DNA of 64,000 bases from Podarcis erhardii (lineage: Eukaryota): assembly GCA_964252035.1 (NCBI GenBank), contig OZ176205.1. One strand, 5' to 3'. The translations under genes were made by a program, and so were the position numbers. Positions 38,528 through 52,507 of the stretch are shown piece by piece (the stretch's first letter is position 1; each line of letters opens with the position of its first letter). The notes below the pieces were generated by a model that searched no databases, was not told the origin of the DNA, and was given only the letters and a program-made list of their open reading frames with translations.

Positions 38528-39654
38528 TGACATGCCTGATATAAATTTCAGTGGATCAAAGAATGAAGAAACAGGAGGGAGACCCCTATCAATTATTTCC
38601 CATCTCATATCTGATCTGAAACAGACAAAATTGCTTATCATCCATTTATTTTATAGTCAGTAATGAAAGTCCTTTGCATGTACTTTGAGAAACTGCAAAG
38701 TCATTAGTCCTCACAATGCCAGCCTTTAAGAATATTGTTAATTCCCATTTGCAAGAGAAGCTAAAAGGCTGGAAAAGGACAGTTTGCTCTACCCAAATCA
38801 GATGTGCAAATCCATAAAGAGCCAATTCCCTTTCCCATTATGGTTTTTTTTACTCCCTTACAATAATACCCAAGGCAGCCATTAATTACAATCAGCTGTA
38901 TTAATCTGTTTCAGTGAGTCTTAATGCAATAATTCCCAAGCCAATTAAAAATCAGTTTTAGAACATTTAGACAAGAGATCAAAATGAAAGCTGCTTTTAA
39001 CTCAAATATAGGATTTCCATTTTACAGATGATTTATTGGAACATGGGATAAGAGACCACACCACCAAACTTTGTACTCATCATAAAGTTAAGCTCTGTAT
39101 CTCCTCTCCTCAAGCAGAGTCCAAAGTCTCTATCTAAGTTTACATGTACCACATACTTATATTCTGTGAGGTCCTGGAGTCTATGGGGAAATACATGGAA
39201 CATCCAAATTAAGAGAGAAGTTTCCATTTCTTTCTGTAGTTACCCATAAGTTCTACACACCAAAACCTCAATAAATCTATTTTGAGGAGTCTGTTTAGCT
39301 CATGTCCAATACACTGTGCATACACATGTGTCATTTCCCCCTAAATATCTTTGAACTTCTGAGTAGATGAACCACACAAGACAAGCCTTAACACACTGGG
39401 TGAAAATCAAATGTCACATAATTACAAACGTTCCATCTGCACAAGTATATCAGTTTGCCAGATGGAACTAGAACTATCTCTCCTCCCCACATGTGCTGTT
39501 CTGGGGGCTCTCTTGACCTCCCCACCCACCCACCCACCCAGTCCTGCCCCATGACTGCAATGGGAGTGACAATATCTTACAAAAATTTAAGAACTGCCAA
39601 AATAAATTCATACTTATTAGCAACTTATTGTGCTTTCAAAGTAACAAGCAGATC

Positions 39655-39819
39655 CAGTACGTTCCTTACAGCTAAGAACTTTGCTTCAGGATGAGAACAG
39701 AAATCGCACGGTGGCAGCGGGAGGCCCCATTAGCTAAAGTGGTACCTCAGGTTAAGAACAGTTTCAGGTTAAGAACAGACCTCCAGAACAAATTAAGTTC
39801 TTAACCCAAGGTACCACCG
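39655..39819. mobile_element. Truncated TcMar MITE (GGTTAAGAAC family)
   Basis: Right part of the 27438 family, ending TTAACCCAAGGTACCACCG then TA. Confidence 0.85.
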
Positions 39820-40239
39820 TATTAGCATTCAGCTTCCAGATATAAAACAGTACCTTTGTTAGCCTGTGCAAGTAATGTACAACTTTTTCATCTACAAGCA
39901 TCTCATCCTGAAGCTGTCACCCTAACCAGAGAACCATACTGCAGCTCTGCTACAGTTCCTGCATTTCTTTGTAACTTATATCCCACATGCTAAGCAGCTG
40001 AAGTTCCAGAAAGTGCCAGTCAAAAGATCTTAACCAGTTAGACTGTGTCACAAGGCATCTTTTCCAGGGAGTGGTTAATTCCTTTGATGCAGTAAGCTGA
40101 TACTAAACAGCAGTGCATTTAAATTTGTGTGCTATTTTTCATTATCCCCAGTGGCAGATGATTGTACCCTAGCTCATTAACTACAAAATTAAAATGTGTG
40201 TGTTAATTTAATTTTAGTTTGAGCTTCGTCCTGCAAGGG

Positions 40240-40335
40240 CAGTGGTGTCCAAACTTTTTTCAAAGAGGGCCAGATTTGATGAAGTGAAGGACCGTGAGGG
40301 CCAACCAAAGACCAAAGTTGTTGACCTTTTTTTAG
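40240..40335 (+). mobile_element. hAT (Charlie-type) left end
   Basis: CAGTGGTGTCCAAACTTTTTTCAAAGAGGGCCAGATTTG; other end not identified. Confidence 0.6.
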
Positions 40336-42379
40336 GATTGGTTGTTTAGGATTGGTTGTTGAGGGGCAGGGGTAAACTGATGTTTCAAAACTAACAACAT
40401 TTTCTCATCCAGACAATAGTTGCGTTCTCACATTACAGTAAATCATGATTAATAGTTTACCCTGACGGCACAGAATGCTCCAGCTTCATTGCTCCTCACC
40501 GGCGTAGCAACCCCAACCAGTGCCTGGGGCAGGGCGGGGGGTACATGAACACAACCCCCATACCATGGGGTCAAGGAATCCAAGTGGGCAGAGTGCCCCA
40601 CCTGAGCAATGCATCCCTCCTGGGAGGGAAGCAACTAGCATGCACCACCCCAGCACTGTTGGAAAAAAACATTGAGGGGTGTGCCGCTGGGGGGCGGCTG
40701 GGACTCGGGAGGGAAATCTGAAGGCCGGTACATGCCAGCCGTGCCCCTCCCAGGTGTCCCTCCCAACGGCACACCCCACGCTGCTTTTTCCAATGGGTAA
40801 CTGGCTTGTCTAAAATTAATTAGGTGAACATGGCTATGATCTCACCCGTTCTGAAGACCACTTCACAAGTTAAGGCTTTATATTAACATGTTTAAAAACA
40901 AATGCATGTATATTGTAGGTGCAAGCACTAGTGAGCCAAAGCAGACTATAACACCCGACCATAGAGTGTGTGAAGCAGTCCTGAGATATTGTAAGATTTA
41001 AAGTTGTATTAAATCGAGGGGGGCGGGGAGAGAGAGAGAGAGAGAACAAGTGACACACACAATAGCAAACACTAACAGTGCTATTATTTTTTTCTAAAAA
41101 ATTGAGTCAAATAAGCCAACTTAGCATCGCTTGTTCTTTTCTCAGAAAAGCTCAGCAGACATTTAGTTTTTCCTATGGAGATTTACTTCCTAATTAGCCA
41201 AAAGATACATAACTCTTCATGGGCTTTTATGTAGGCCAGCCATAATATTAAGCAGAGACAATCCAGCAGCATCTATTTACGGTTCATACCCTGATTAAGA
41301 TGCAGAAGCACTCCTGGCACAGACACACACTGACAAGAATTTAATGCACATGCTGCTGAAAGAAAAACAAAAAAGTGACAGTCAAAGCTCTTAAAGGCAT
41401 ACTTTGAATTCTAAGCCAAATCTCTTTATCTGCATTACAAACCCTTCAAGTTCTCAAAAAGCTTTTAAATGCTATTTCATATTTTCAATGGCCTTTAATT
41501 CTCCCTTCCCCTTTCATCATCATTTTGGGAAAGCTAGAGGGGAAAACCAGTTAAACGTGAAGTGCATGCCACTGGTTATCACATGGTTTTGGGTTTGTTT
41601 ATTTGTTTACAATAAGAACAATCCATAGACAACCTTTAGGCACGCCTAAGGGCTTGGGCAAGCCATCAGAATTTTTGCATTAAAAATACACAAAAACATC
41701 TCACATGTTGCATTACAAACCACTTTGAAATTCATCCCTAAGTAGCAAACACTGTTTGTGTCCCGTCCCCCCCCCCGACATTTCGTTTGGGTGGCTATAG
41801 TTCAGATAATAAAAAACATAGTCTCACTGTACACACAGAGTTAGTACTGCAATTCTCAGTGGTGGTCAACCATTCTGAAACTTCCTCTAGGCAAGAAAAA
41901 AACAGCAGTAAAGAGGGTGTTTTCTTTTGCTTGTTGAACCCACCATCATGGGAGGGCCTGGTGGAAAAGGTGTGTTCAGGTCTGTGGCGTTTCAGCCTGA
42001 TTTGGTACAAAGGTGAGCTTCCCATGTATGATGTGGGATGACTTCTGCCGCTTCAGGGAGATGCACAGGAGAATTTGGACTCTAAATGGTCCTGGATCTC
42101 TAAGTGGTTTTTGATACGGTCAGCTTACAGAGATGCTGTCCAAACTGGAGCACTTCTCTCCAGAGGTTCTGCTTATACCTAGATGGCTGTTTGAAAGTGG
42201 TGCAGGATTTCTGCTCAGCACTGTGACATTAGCGTTCCACATGGTTTATTATGACCCCTCATGCTATTAAATATCTATAGAAAACTGCTGAGTGAGGTCT
42301 CTGGAGATTAAGAGTGAGATGTCATCAATACTCAGCTCTATTTCTCCTTTTCACCAAACTCAGGTGAGGCAGCAGGAGT

Positions 42380-43030
42380 GCTAAATCAGCACCTGAATGC
42401 AGTAATAGACTGAGCGAAGGCCAATTAACTGAAGCTCAATCCAGACAACATGGTGGTACTGTTAAGGCTTGGTTTATCTGCCCTGGTCAGTTGTGTTCAA
42501 CCAGTTCTGAAGAGAGTTGCATTCTGCCATAAAGGACCATGTTTGTGGTCTAGGTATGCTCTTTGATCCATCTGTGTCAGTGGAAGAACAACTGGCTTCT
42601 GTGACCCAGATAATATTTTACTAGTTTAGGAGAGTACACTACCTATAACACTACCTGGATAAGGATAATCTTCCCTTCAGTTATAGCTGTCCTGCTAACC
42701 TTCCATTTCAATTACTACAATATAAATAACATATAGGACTGCCTTTGGAAATGATGCAGAAACTTCAGGTAAACCTACAATATGGCTGATGGATGACTAT
42801 CTAGAACCAGGTGATATAAACATATTAGGCCAGTGTTTCATCGTCCATTTTCGGGCTCTAGTCAGAGTGCTAATTTTGTATTTATGAACTTTCATGGGTT
42901 GCTACCAAAGTACCTGAATGTACTTCTCACTAGTGCAAGTGCATTTTTAATAGTGCCACCTAATTATGGAATGCCCTCCCTAGAAAGGCTGAACTGGCGC
43001 CTAATCTATTGGCTTTTTCAGTTCCGGTCT
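42380..43030 (+). mobile_element. Decayed L2 LINE fragment (RT C-terminus to 3' end)
   Basis: LNQHLNAVID*AKAN*LKLNPDNMVVL..GMLFDPSVSVEEQLASV resembles L2 ANKLKLNPDKTE..LGV.LD. Confidence 0.75.
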
Positions 43031-44898
43031 AATCCCTTTTTTTTTCTTTTTTTTTTTTACTGCGTACTTTTAAATCTATTTTAGGTCTTTTAATTTCTTG
43101 TGTCTGATGCTGAGTTTTGCTTCACATCATCACATAAAATTTGTCTGAGAAGTAGAGAGAAAAAACATTACAGAAGAAAAACCAAGAGAACCCACAACAG
43201 CCCAATGCTAAACATGTTGAGTTGCCAAAGAATACTGACATGATAAATTTATACTACTACTGCTAATTATCATCATCATCATCATCATTATTTAAAAGGA
43301 GGTTTCAGAAAATAATGGCAAGACAGTAGCCTGCAACCTCTCTCAAAAATTGCCCCCCAAATGAGGAACCAGGCTTGCAAATAATAATCTGCCCATAAAT
43401 TGTAGTTAGTAAAAGAGTCCACAAATACGGTTTCCTAGTATGACCCTATATTAAATTATGACAACCACCTAGGAAATTTATCACACCAATCATTTGTTAT
43501 ATGTAGTGCAAAAATATAAATTTAATGCAATCTAAGAGAATGGTGACCTTTGGTACAATGTTAAAGGGCTAATGCTATCATGACACATGGCTTTACTCAG
43601 AAGAAACTCAATGAAATAAATGAACCTAATTTAATCATGTGCATTAATTTCCATGGATCTAGTCTTAGTAAAACTTAGTTGAATGCCACCCTTTGAGTCC
43701 TTACATACAAATGACTTGACAGTGACATCAAAATACATGATAACTATTGGCTATACAAGGAAGAAACACACATCCAAATGGCTGACAACATTAAACTTAT
43801 TTCTTCATATGCTTAAAGCGTTGAACTCTACTCCTTAGCCAAAAAGGATCCTAGAGCAGTTTTCAAAAGCCACTTGTCTAGTATGCTGACAAGCTATAGC
43901 TTCCAGATCAACTAGGAACAACTTTTGTTGTGAAAATAATGCCAGTATTGGGCTTGCAAATCTGAGAAGCACCTTTGATTTGGTGTCTACCGTGGAGACT
44001 TTAACTGTTCATTAAGTAGCCCCTGAGGAAGAATACAGAATGAAACTGGAGCGTCACAAAATACTAGGTTGTATTCAGTGTAGTGTTAAGTTGCTAGTTT
44101 AATCATGCAATGATTCCTCAGTATGCAACGGAATGTTCTCCCCCTCTCCGCCCATCATGCGCCCCTAAATCTGATCTGGAAACTGCACAGGGTAGGGTGG
44201 AATGTACCACTGCACTTGTAGTCCTTGCACACACAGAGAACTATTTAGTTGAATCCCACCCCCTGTTCCTTCCCAAAGAAACATTCCCTCACTAGGTAGT
44301 AAGTACAAAAGCGGCATACTTGCTTCCACTCTGTGGAGCAGCAAGTCAACAGTCAAGTCTCATTCACTGGCTATTTTAAACAAAGCTTGACTACCAAGTC
44401 AAGCCAAATTTGCTGGAACCCACCCCCTGATGAGTGTCATAGTCCCAAGGTAAAGCAGACACATTTTTTTATGTCAACAGCAAGAGGAGGTTACTGGTTC
44501 TTTCCTTTCAAGCCATTCATATCCCACAACTGACTGACTAAAACATAGCTATTTGTATTGATTCATTTGCAAGGCGATGAGGTACCACAAGATGCTTGAG
44601 GGGGAACGGGGGGGGGGGGTGGAGGAGAGAATGTCTCTTTGCATCTGACAAAATCCAAGTATGATGTGTTCGATTCATTCTCACTAAAAGCTATTTTTCT
44701 TTTGTGGCAGGTCACGACAGCTTCTGCTTTTTTCATATTTCAAGAGGATAAAAAAGATTTATTTTAAGGTAAAGGTGGCTTAGAACTTTGAGCACACTTT
44801 GAAGTGTTTCCACACACTCTTCCCACTGTTTCCTTTCTAGCAATATAATGGCACAACAGGACCTTACTGTGAGGTTTGCATGGAAGCCTATTAACCAT

Positions 44899-45032
44899 NN
44901 NNNNNNNNNNNNNNNNNNNNNNNNNNNNNNNNNNNNNNNNNNNNNNNNNNNNNNNNNNNNNNNNNNNNNNNNNNNNNNNNNNNNNNNNNNNNNNNNNNNN
45001 NNNNNNNNNNNNNNNNNNNNNNNNNNNNNNNN
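44899..45032. other. Assembly gap (134 N)
   Basis: Run of N bases. Confidence 0.99.
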
Positions 45033-45991
45033 AAGGAGGAGGGGAGGAGTGTGGTGTTCAATGCCAAGAGAAATGATAAAGAGGACCTGGCTTTGCCCTT
45101 AAGGAACAGGAAGCAGAGAAGGGAGCAGGATTAGGTCCTCTGCACTGCAAAACATATCACTCATCAACTTCCTCTGTGCTGTACAAGAGAAAGCATGATC
45201 CTCTCTTAAAAATAAAAATCAGTATCTTACAATCTGACTCATACCGTTACCATCTGGAAGAGACATTGAGGCCTAAAGAGCTTTAAAAATATTTTAAAGG
45301 CTTTAAAGAGACTTGCTCCTAGACAGGCTCAAATTAAAAAAGTGAGGGGGGGGGGAGGAATGACCTATCTAACTCGTGAGAGATTGCCAGAAAATCTTTG
45401 AAAGCAGACAAAGTATAGGAATTGTGTATCCCTTAGGATATACTAACCGATTTTTAGAAGTTTCAGCATTTTCAGACACATAGGCCATAGAGAAATAATG
45501 GATATGGAATTACAGAGAGCACATATGGCCCTCATCTCCCAGGTTGAATGGTCTAATCTGCCAAAGTGTCAAGACCAGCTGCTTTAAGAAACATAATTTA
45601 TATGGAATCGTGCAACAACAAAAAGAAGTGGTTGAAGGCTGAATCAAACACCATTGTGAGTCTATTTGTACTTTAAGAACAGTTGTTCCCCTAAAAATGC
45701 CCTGGGTCATATATTTCTGATGAACTTGCGAATAAATTGCTTTCCTTCTAGCAAGTGAACTTATGGATTTTATATTAGTCATGTTCCTACATGTAACAAG
45801 TAGAAGCACATGCATCTGCTTTCATGTGACCATGGTTCTGTAGGGAGTCTGGACAGGTTGACTCCTGCCCTTGCCCAGCTCTTTGAAAAGGAATTGAATT
45901 GGTCAGGAATTTAATGGGGGGGGATTACTTTTCTACTAGTAACGTGGGGTAGCTAGTTTAACTCCCAAATATTCCGTGATAAAAATCAGTA

Positions 45992-46217
45992 CAGTGGTAC
46001 CTCGGGTTAAGTACTTAATTCGTTCCGGAGGTCCATTCTTAACCTGAAACTGTTCTTAACCTGAAGTACCACTTTAGCTAATGGGGCCTCCTGCTGCTGC
46101 CACACCGCCGGAGCACGATTTCTGTTCTCATCCTGAAGCAAAGTTCTTAACCCGAGGTACTATTTCTGGGTTAGCGGAGTCTGTAACCTGAAGCGTATGT
46201 AACCCGAGGTACCACTG
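45992..46217. mobile_element. TcMar/Tigger-like MITE (GGTTAAGAAC family, opposite orientation to 27438)
   Basis: TIRs CAGTGGTACCTCGGGTTA / TAACCCGAGGTACCACTG; TA TSD. Confidence 0.93.
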
Positions 46218-46777
46218 TAATCGTTACTCCTGCCTCTTCTTCAAAGAGACCTGTCCTCTTCCGCTTCCATGAATCATTTCTTCAGACCAATGAGGAAGTA
46301 AATAGCACCAAGTAAGTAGGCAATGGCCCTTGAAATCAGTTTGCTCATTGCAGAAATTATGGCCTCATGGTATTTGCTTTGTACATGGAGTACATTTCCT
46401 TTTACTCACAGCTTCAGTTGTTTAAAAAAAAAGTTGCTGAATTCGCCACATTTCCTTTGTTCACACCTGAGTGTAAGGCAAATGTTGGTCTTCCCTGTTC
46501 TTTTGCTTTCCCATGCTGAGCTAAATCAAAGTTTGGCTTAGCATGTTATCCAAACCCAGGCCTGCAGTTAAGCTCTCTCATTGAGAACCATGAGCTGCAG
46601 CCAAGGTCTGAACAACAAACTAAGTACATTGGTGTAGCATAGTGCAGAAGTCAAGAAAGGTTGGGGAGCAGCAAAACTGCTCTTGGAAGAAGACATCTTA
46701 TCAAATATTAGGATTTTAAGGTACGAAGAGGGAGGTGAGGAAAAGAGAAAGGAGGGTAATGTGATTGTTTAGATTTA

Positions 46778-47026
46778 CAGTCATACCTTAGAAGTCAAAC
46801 AGAATCCATTCTGGATGACTTCCAGAATGTTTGACTTCCAAAACGTTCAAAAACCCAAGTACGGCTTCTGATTGGCTGCAGGAAGCTCCTGAAGCCAATT
46901 GGAAGCGCTGCCGGATGTTCGACTTCCAAAAATAGTTCATAAACCGGAACAGTCACTTCTGGGTTTGAGACGTTCAGGAGCCAAAATGTTTGAGAACTAA
47001 GCTGTTCGAAAACCAAGGTATGACTG
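46778..47026. mobile_element. TcMar/Tigger-like MITE
   Basis: TIRs CAGTCATACCTT / AAGGTATGACTG; TA TSD; related to 3004 and 34188. Confidence 0.88.
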
Positions 47027-50000
47027 TATTTCTTTACACACACACACCCTATCCACTTTGTATTCTTTACTCGTAAATAGATTTAAAATACAGATTTACT
47101 CACACAAAGGGATGGTCCATATTTAATGGCTAAATGCTGTTTGGTGGTTTCCATACCTCAAACTCATACAGCTCCCCACCCCTGGCCAATCAAATGCTCA
47201 GGTTATCATCCTCACTTCCTTGTTTGCAAAAGCCATTGTTTGCCTATTTGTATTAAATGTCCAATCATGATTCATGCAAACAAGGTAATGGAGCATCTAA
47301 AGGCAAGAGGAAAGGAGAAATGAATTAACCCAAGGCTCAGATGTGAACAGCCAAATTATGTTTGCCATTGCGTGCAAATCAGTTCAATATGAACAGAGCT
47401 TGTGTTTTAAGTCTTAGTATAAAAAATCTTGACAAGAAGTGCTGAAGTTTCCTGGACATAATGTGTGTTCAGACTTGGACAGATGCAATCCAAGAAAAAG
47501 CCAATAAACTTTGAGAGAGGTAGATAAAGTCAGGTTAGAAACAGAGAAGCAAAGTTTTAACCACCAAAGTAACACATGGTAGCATGAAGGATAACAATAA
47601 ATATTCTGGCAGACTAGCAAACATGTCTGTTGGGAAAACTATCCAGAAGATATCTGGGTATTTGGCAAATAACTTAAGATGTTCTATATTAACTCTTTGG
47701 TTTTAAACTGGTTTTATTTCGTTTAAAGCTTATTTAGATATCAGTTTTCAGTATTACACAGTGACCAAGCAGCTTTCTGGAACAGGCAGCAATAGAGTTT
47801 ATGCTGTGCAGCAGTTTCCTTGGTACATGGGTTTGGTTTTTGCAAAAGACTATTTAAAAAGCTTGTGGGAGAACAGCTCTCTCTTGCTGTAACCACAGCC
47901 TTAGCATGGCCAACAGCCAAGATGCTACTCTACTTTCAGCTTTGAACCTTCTAGTTTGATTTAAAACAACAACAACAACAACAACAACCATTGACAGCAG
48001 CATCTAAATGGGGGTTGTCGTCTTCCCCAAAGCAATACAGGACTCCCCTGCTTTGTGTGCAGTCAGATTGAAACAATTGAACTCAATCATTTGCCCTCAT
48101 TGTCCGGCTTCTACAAAGCAGACCTGGAGGGCTAAGAACCATTTAAGCAGTAGGAGGCACTTGACCCGAAGCCATGATAAATCAGTCTGGCCATTTTAAC
48201 AGGACATCAAGAGGATTTAGTCTTCCTTGACTTCCACATCGCTTTCCTATTTTTAACTCTGGGAACCTGTAATCTAGCCATATGCACCACCCATCCAGCC
48301 CTCATCAGAGGACAAAGTATAAAAATGTGGACAAACAGGCAGCAGAAAACCATGACAAACAGAATCAGGTATTTCAGCTAGCTATTTTCGTTACGTTAAG
48401 CATTTTCCATCTTTAGTCAGTGAGGCAAGGAGACTTTTTTTTCAAACCCTTTGTTTTTTCTGTGGAAAATTTTGCATTTCGTAAGTTCATAAGCAACAAT
48501 GGATGGGTGCCCATTGCAAGTGCAATATTAGGCAAGTTTGGCATTTTCAACATTTTTAGCTTTGTTTATTAGACACACACAAACACACACACACAAAAAC
48601 TCGCTCAGGCATCAGAAAGTTTCCCAAGGCAAACTTCTGTTGGGTCAAAAGGGTTCCCCACCCTAATGTAAAGAAACAAACATCTGAAGAGGGCTGATAT
48701 TTTGAACACATCACTATTTTAACAAGGCGAGAATTTAAGGCTCCTCTAGAACAATGGCCATTTTGCAGCTCTGGGCTGTTAAGGACCTTTCTGACCTTTA
48801 CTGAAGAAAAACAAGACTAGATTCCAAACAACTGGTAGCACAAAGAAGGAGCCTGTAAGGCTTCTAAATATCAGAATTAAAAACGCATCATATCCATTCG
48901 ATCGTTCTAGTGTGCAATGCAGTAGCTACAGCATTCCGTTCCCGTTATTGTGATCTAATAATAGAACTGCAAAGCCAACATAATCAAGCAGTCTCCACAG
49001 TATTGTGTTTTCTCACTATCCGCATTGCCATCTGAGGGCTATTTAAAGTGCGAGACCAGCAAGTTTGTCTTTCAGCATCTGTTTCTACACAGAAAGCTAG
49101 CCTAAATAATAGCTCTGAAATTGCCAGATTTCAGAAAGATTCTGCCAATTCTGAAATAGGAAAATGTGTCATTGTGCGTAGAGACAAACTGATTTATTGT
49201 GGTATGCTTTTTCATAGGCCATAACCTACTTAACGATGCACAGACACGGCTCAGTTGCATTGTTTTAGATCCAATGTTTAAGATACTGTGATAAAAAAAT
49301 TAAAATTCAAAAGCATAAATACATCGCCATGAAAAATAAAATGTCAACTTGGCTCATGAGTACAATGTATTCTTTAAATAGAAAAAAATCAGAAGATACC
49401 ACAAATTAGTCATGGTTAATACAAAAAAGTGCTATAAGTCAAATCTAGAAGTCTGTATGGCTGTAATCATGATCTAGCATGGAAAATATGGTCTAACTTG
49501 GGGTGTGTTGGCTGCCACCGAAACCAGAACTTTTCAGTTAAAGAGATGCAATTCTAAATATCACCATCATGGGGAAATGGAAAATATACAGATCAGCTAA
49601 GCATTTAAAAATAGAGCAGATGTGGAGACATCTAAAATTTCCTTTAAAAATTACATGCTATTATGGATTTACATTATCAGTTGAATATGTATTAGGAAGG
49701 ATTCGGTTAGCCTGCCCACAGACAAGTTAATGGGGAATGGCCATAGCTCGGTGATAGAGGGGCATTAAAAAAACTTTCAAAGCTTTCAGCTACTTTTCAA
49801 TCATATTATCTCTTGTAAAGACAATAAACACAACACAACACAACAGAATACAGTCTGGGTGTGATACTATCTATGATACAATATTAAAGGCATTCTCCAA
49901 GTCTCTGGTATTCTTGCTGTCCTGACATGGCCTGCAGTGAGTCTTATGAACAGGCTGTTGAAGACAACCTGCTTGCAATAAAATTATATATAGTTTTTAT

Positions 50001-52135
50001 TGAAAGGAAAAAGTCAATACCAGCTCTTCAATCACCTTTCACCTAAACCACATTCACTTGGACCTCTGACCTCACAGGGAATAATTCTATCAGTATATAA
50101 GAAATGACAATGATTCAGTATACAGGAACAATGGCACATTCACCTTTTTGCTAAAAACAACAGCAATTAAGGAGTTTACAAGCCACTTAGCTTTGGGTTT
50201 ACTGGTCTAAACTGAAGGCTGTAAATTAATGTTGAAATTTGCATAATCCTTCTTAGTTGGCTCCCCTACCAGGTTTAAAACTAAGCACAGTGAGGAGATA
50301 CCCCCCCCCACCATTTCTCTGTTTCTTCTTTCCATCATAAAATATTTTACATGTAAAAATGTGAAGTTACAATCCAAATCACAATTGCCAAGTGGAGTGG
50401 CATGTAATGTCAAATACAAAGCCAAAAAAATCACTAAAGTATTCTATACAATAAATCAAATGCAAATGGTACTATGGCAATGATTTTATTTGGAGACTTA
50501 TCTCCCAAGATAGGTTGTCACTGCTGCTTTTGAAATGCTTAAAAAAAAGAAGTCTACACAGAAGCAGTTTATTTTAAGCCACTCAAACATGTCAGGAACT
50601 CTTTGAAAAGCAACCAGCGCAGTAAAACTGGTTGGACATGCTGCAGCTCTGCAACACCTTTGAAACGCTCATCACATCTTCAGGGCTGGGCATACTCTGT
50701 ACCAAGAAAATTCCAATTCATGGAGGAAATCCATCTACATACAATTAAGGCTACAGCTCTGCACACTTACGAGGGAGTAAGTCCTACTGAACTTCGCAAG
50801 GAGGACTTCTGAGTAAACATAAACAAGACTGTGCAGTAAAAGTCAGTAATTCAGATTTGTGCCCAGTCTGGGTTTCTGCAGGAGGCTCTGGCAAGGACTG
50901 GGTATCAATCAATGAGACATGGCTACTGGGAACAGTACTGAGAAAGCAAAAAATCAGAATGTTGCATTTTTATTTCTGAAGTTGAGGTGAATCCATCCAA
51001 TAAAAAAATGGCAGTACCTCTAAAACAACAAGCATGTTTCCATAATTTTGATCTTCAATGTACTGCATCTAGAAATTCTGACATACTAATGAGTAGACAT
51101 CCAGGAACACTAAAAAGATAGAAGGTGTCACTGGTAACATACACAAGCTTGAACAACTGGATCTCCTTTCTTAATTCTTCCTTAGCTGTAAGCATCACCC
51201 ACAAAGCTCTCTTGACCTTGACAACAGGGCAGTTTCTCCCACCATTTCATGGGCATGAGTCTTTTCACAGAGATGCCAAGTGTGGGGATTATTTCAAGGT
51301 GGATGAAATTTTCAAGTGCAAAAATTCTCAACACTGAATGAAAGTTCTCCAGAGCAGCTATAGCTATTCTGCCTTTAAAAGAGAGAGAGAGAGATACCAA
51401 CTGCCAGTGGTATTTGGGGTTTATAAAGGTTAAGCTACCCCGGATACCTCCAGATTGGTTTTCTATCCAAGTGTATCTGGCAGAGATTTGGCAGGAAGAG
51501 TCTCACTGAGGTGAGACTTGTAACAATTTTTTAAAGTATTCCTGCTGAAATGAAGCATACAGTAATAAACGAGCCTAGCTGAATGTATCTAGGGCTGGCT
51601 CCAGAGTTCCCACTTTAAAATGTTCTGCCTTTATGCAAGCATTTGGGGGGGGGGTTAATTGGAGCGGGCCAATTTCTGAAAGCAACTCAAAGAAAAAACT
51701 GAGTTAGCCTATTCTGAGCTGTATGTACACAACAAAGAAACATCCCAAGTAATTAAAGAAGGGTTCTTTCGAGCCAATAAACAAAATACTATGTGATCAA
51801 AAGTAAGAGTCCTATCAGTAATTCTACAGGACTGCAACACCACTTTCCTTTAGTATGATCAGTATGTCAGATGGCAATACTCAGTTTTACAATAGGTACA
51901 ACCTTCAGTTGAGGGTTAGGGAAAAAAGGGGGGAGGAGAGTGTTCAGTTGCTGAGTTGATGGACCCAAGCCAGCAACTATCATTTTGTATTTTATATAGA
52001 GCTCAAATTACAGGCATAAAACAAAAAAATAATCCAGGTACTGTATTTGGATGTTGTTAACCATCGAAATGCTAGTTCTGTCCTGAGGTTTAAAACCTCT
52101 GCCCTGTTTGAATACATCTTAGTAAGAGCTATGTA

Positions 52136-52507
52136 AAGGTAAAGGTAAAGGTATCCCTGCCCATACGGGCCAGTCGTGTCTGACTCTGGGGTTGCATGCT
52201 CATCTCGCTCTAGAGGCCGTGAGCCAGCGCCGTCTGAAGACACTTCCAGGTCACGTGGCCAGCGTGACGAAGCTGCTCTGGTGAGCCAGCACCAGCGCAG
52301 CACACGGAAACTCCGTTTACCTTCCCGCTATAAAGCAGTCCCTATTTATCTACTTGCACTTAAGAGTGCTTTCGAACTGCTAGGTGGGCAGGAGCTGGGA
52401 CCGAGCGACGGGAGCTCACCCTGCAGTGGGGATTCGAACCGCCGACCATACGATCGATCGGCAAGTCCTAGGCACTGAGGTTTTACCCACAGCGCCACCC
52501 GCATCCC
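52136..52507 (-). mobile_element. Full-length Sauria SINE
   Basis: Head gggatgcgggtggcgctgtgg, ACCTTT tail, perfect 12-bp TSD AAGAGCTATGTA (52124-52135 and 52508-52519). Confidence 0.95.

Noticed and set aside
40497-40790. GC-rich patch resembling a CpG-island promoter
   Set aside because: Short, next to a hAT end, and similar to degenerate GC-rich DNA-transposon interiors; no exon or start evidence.
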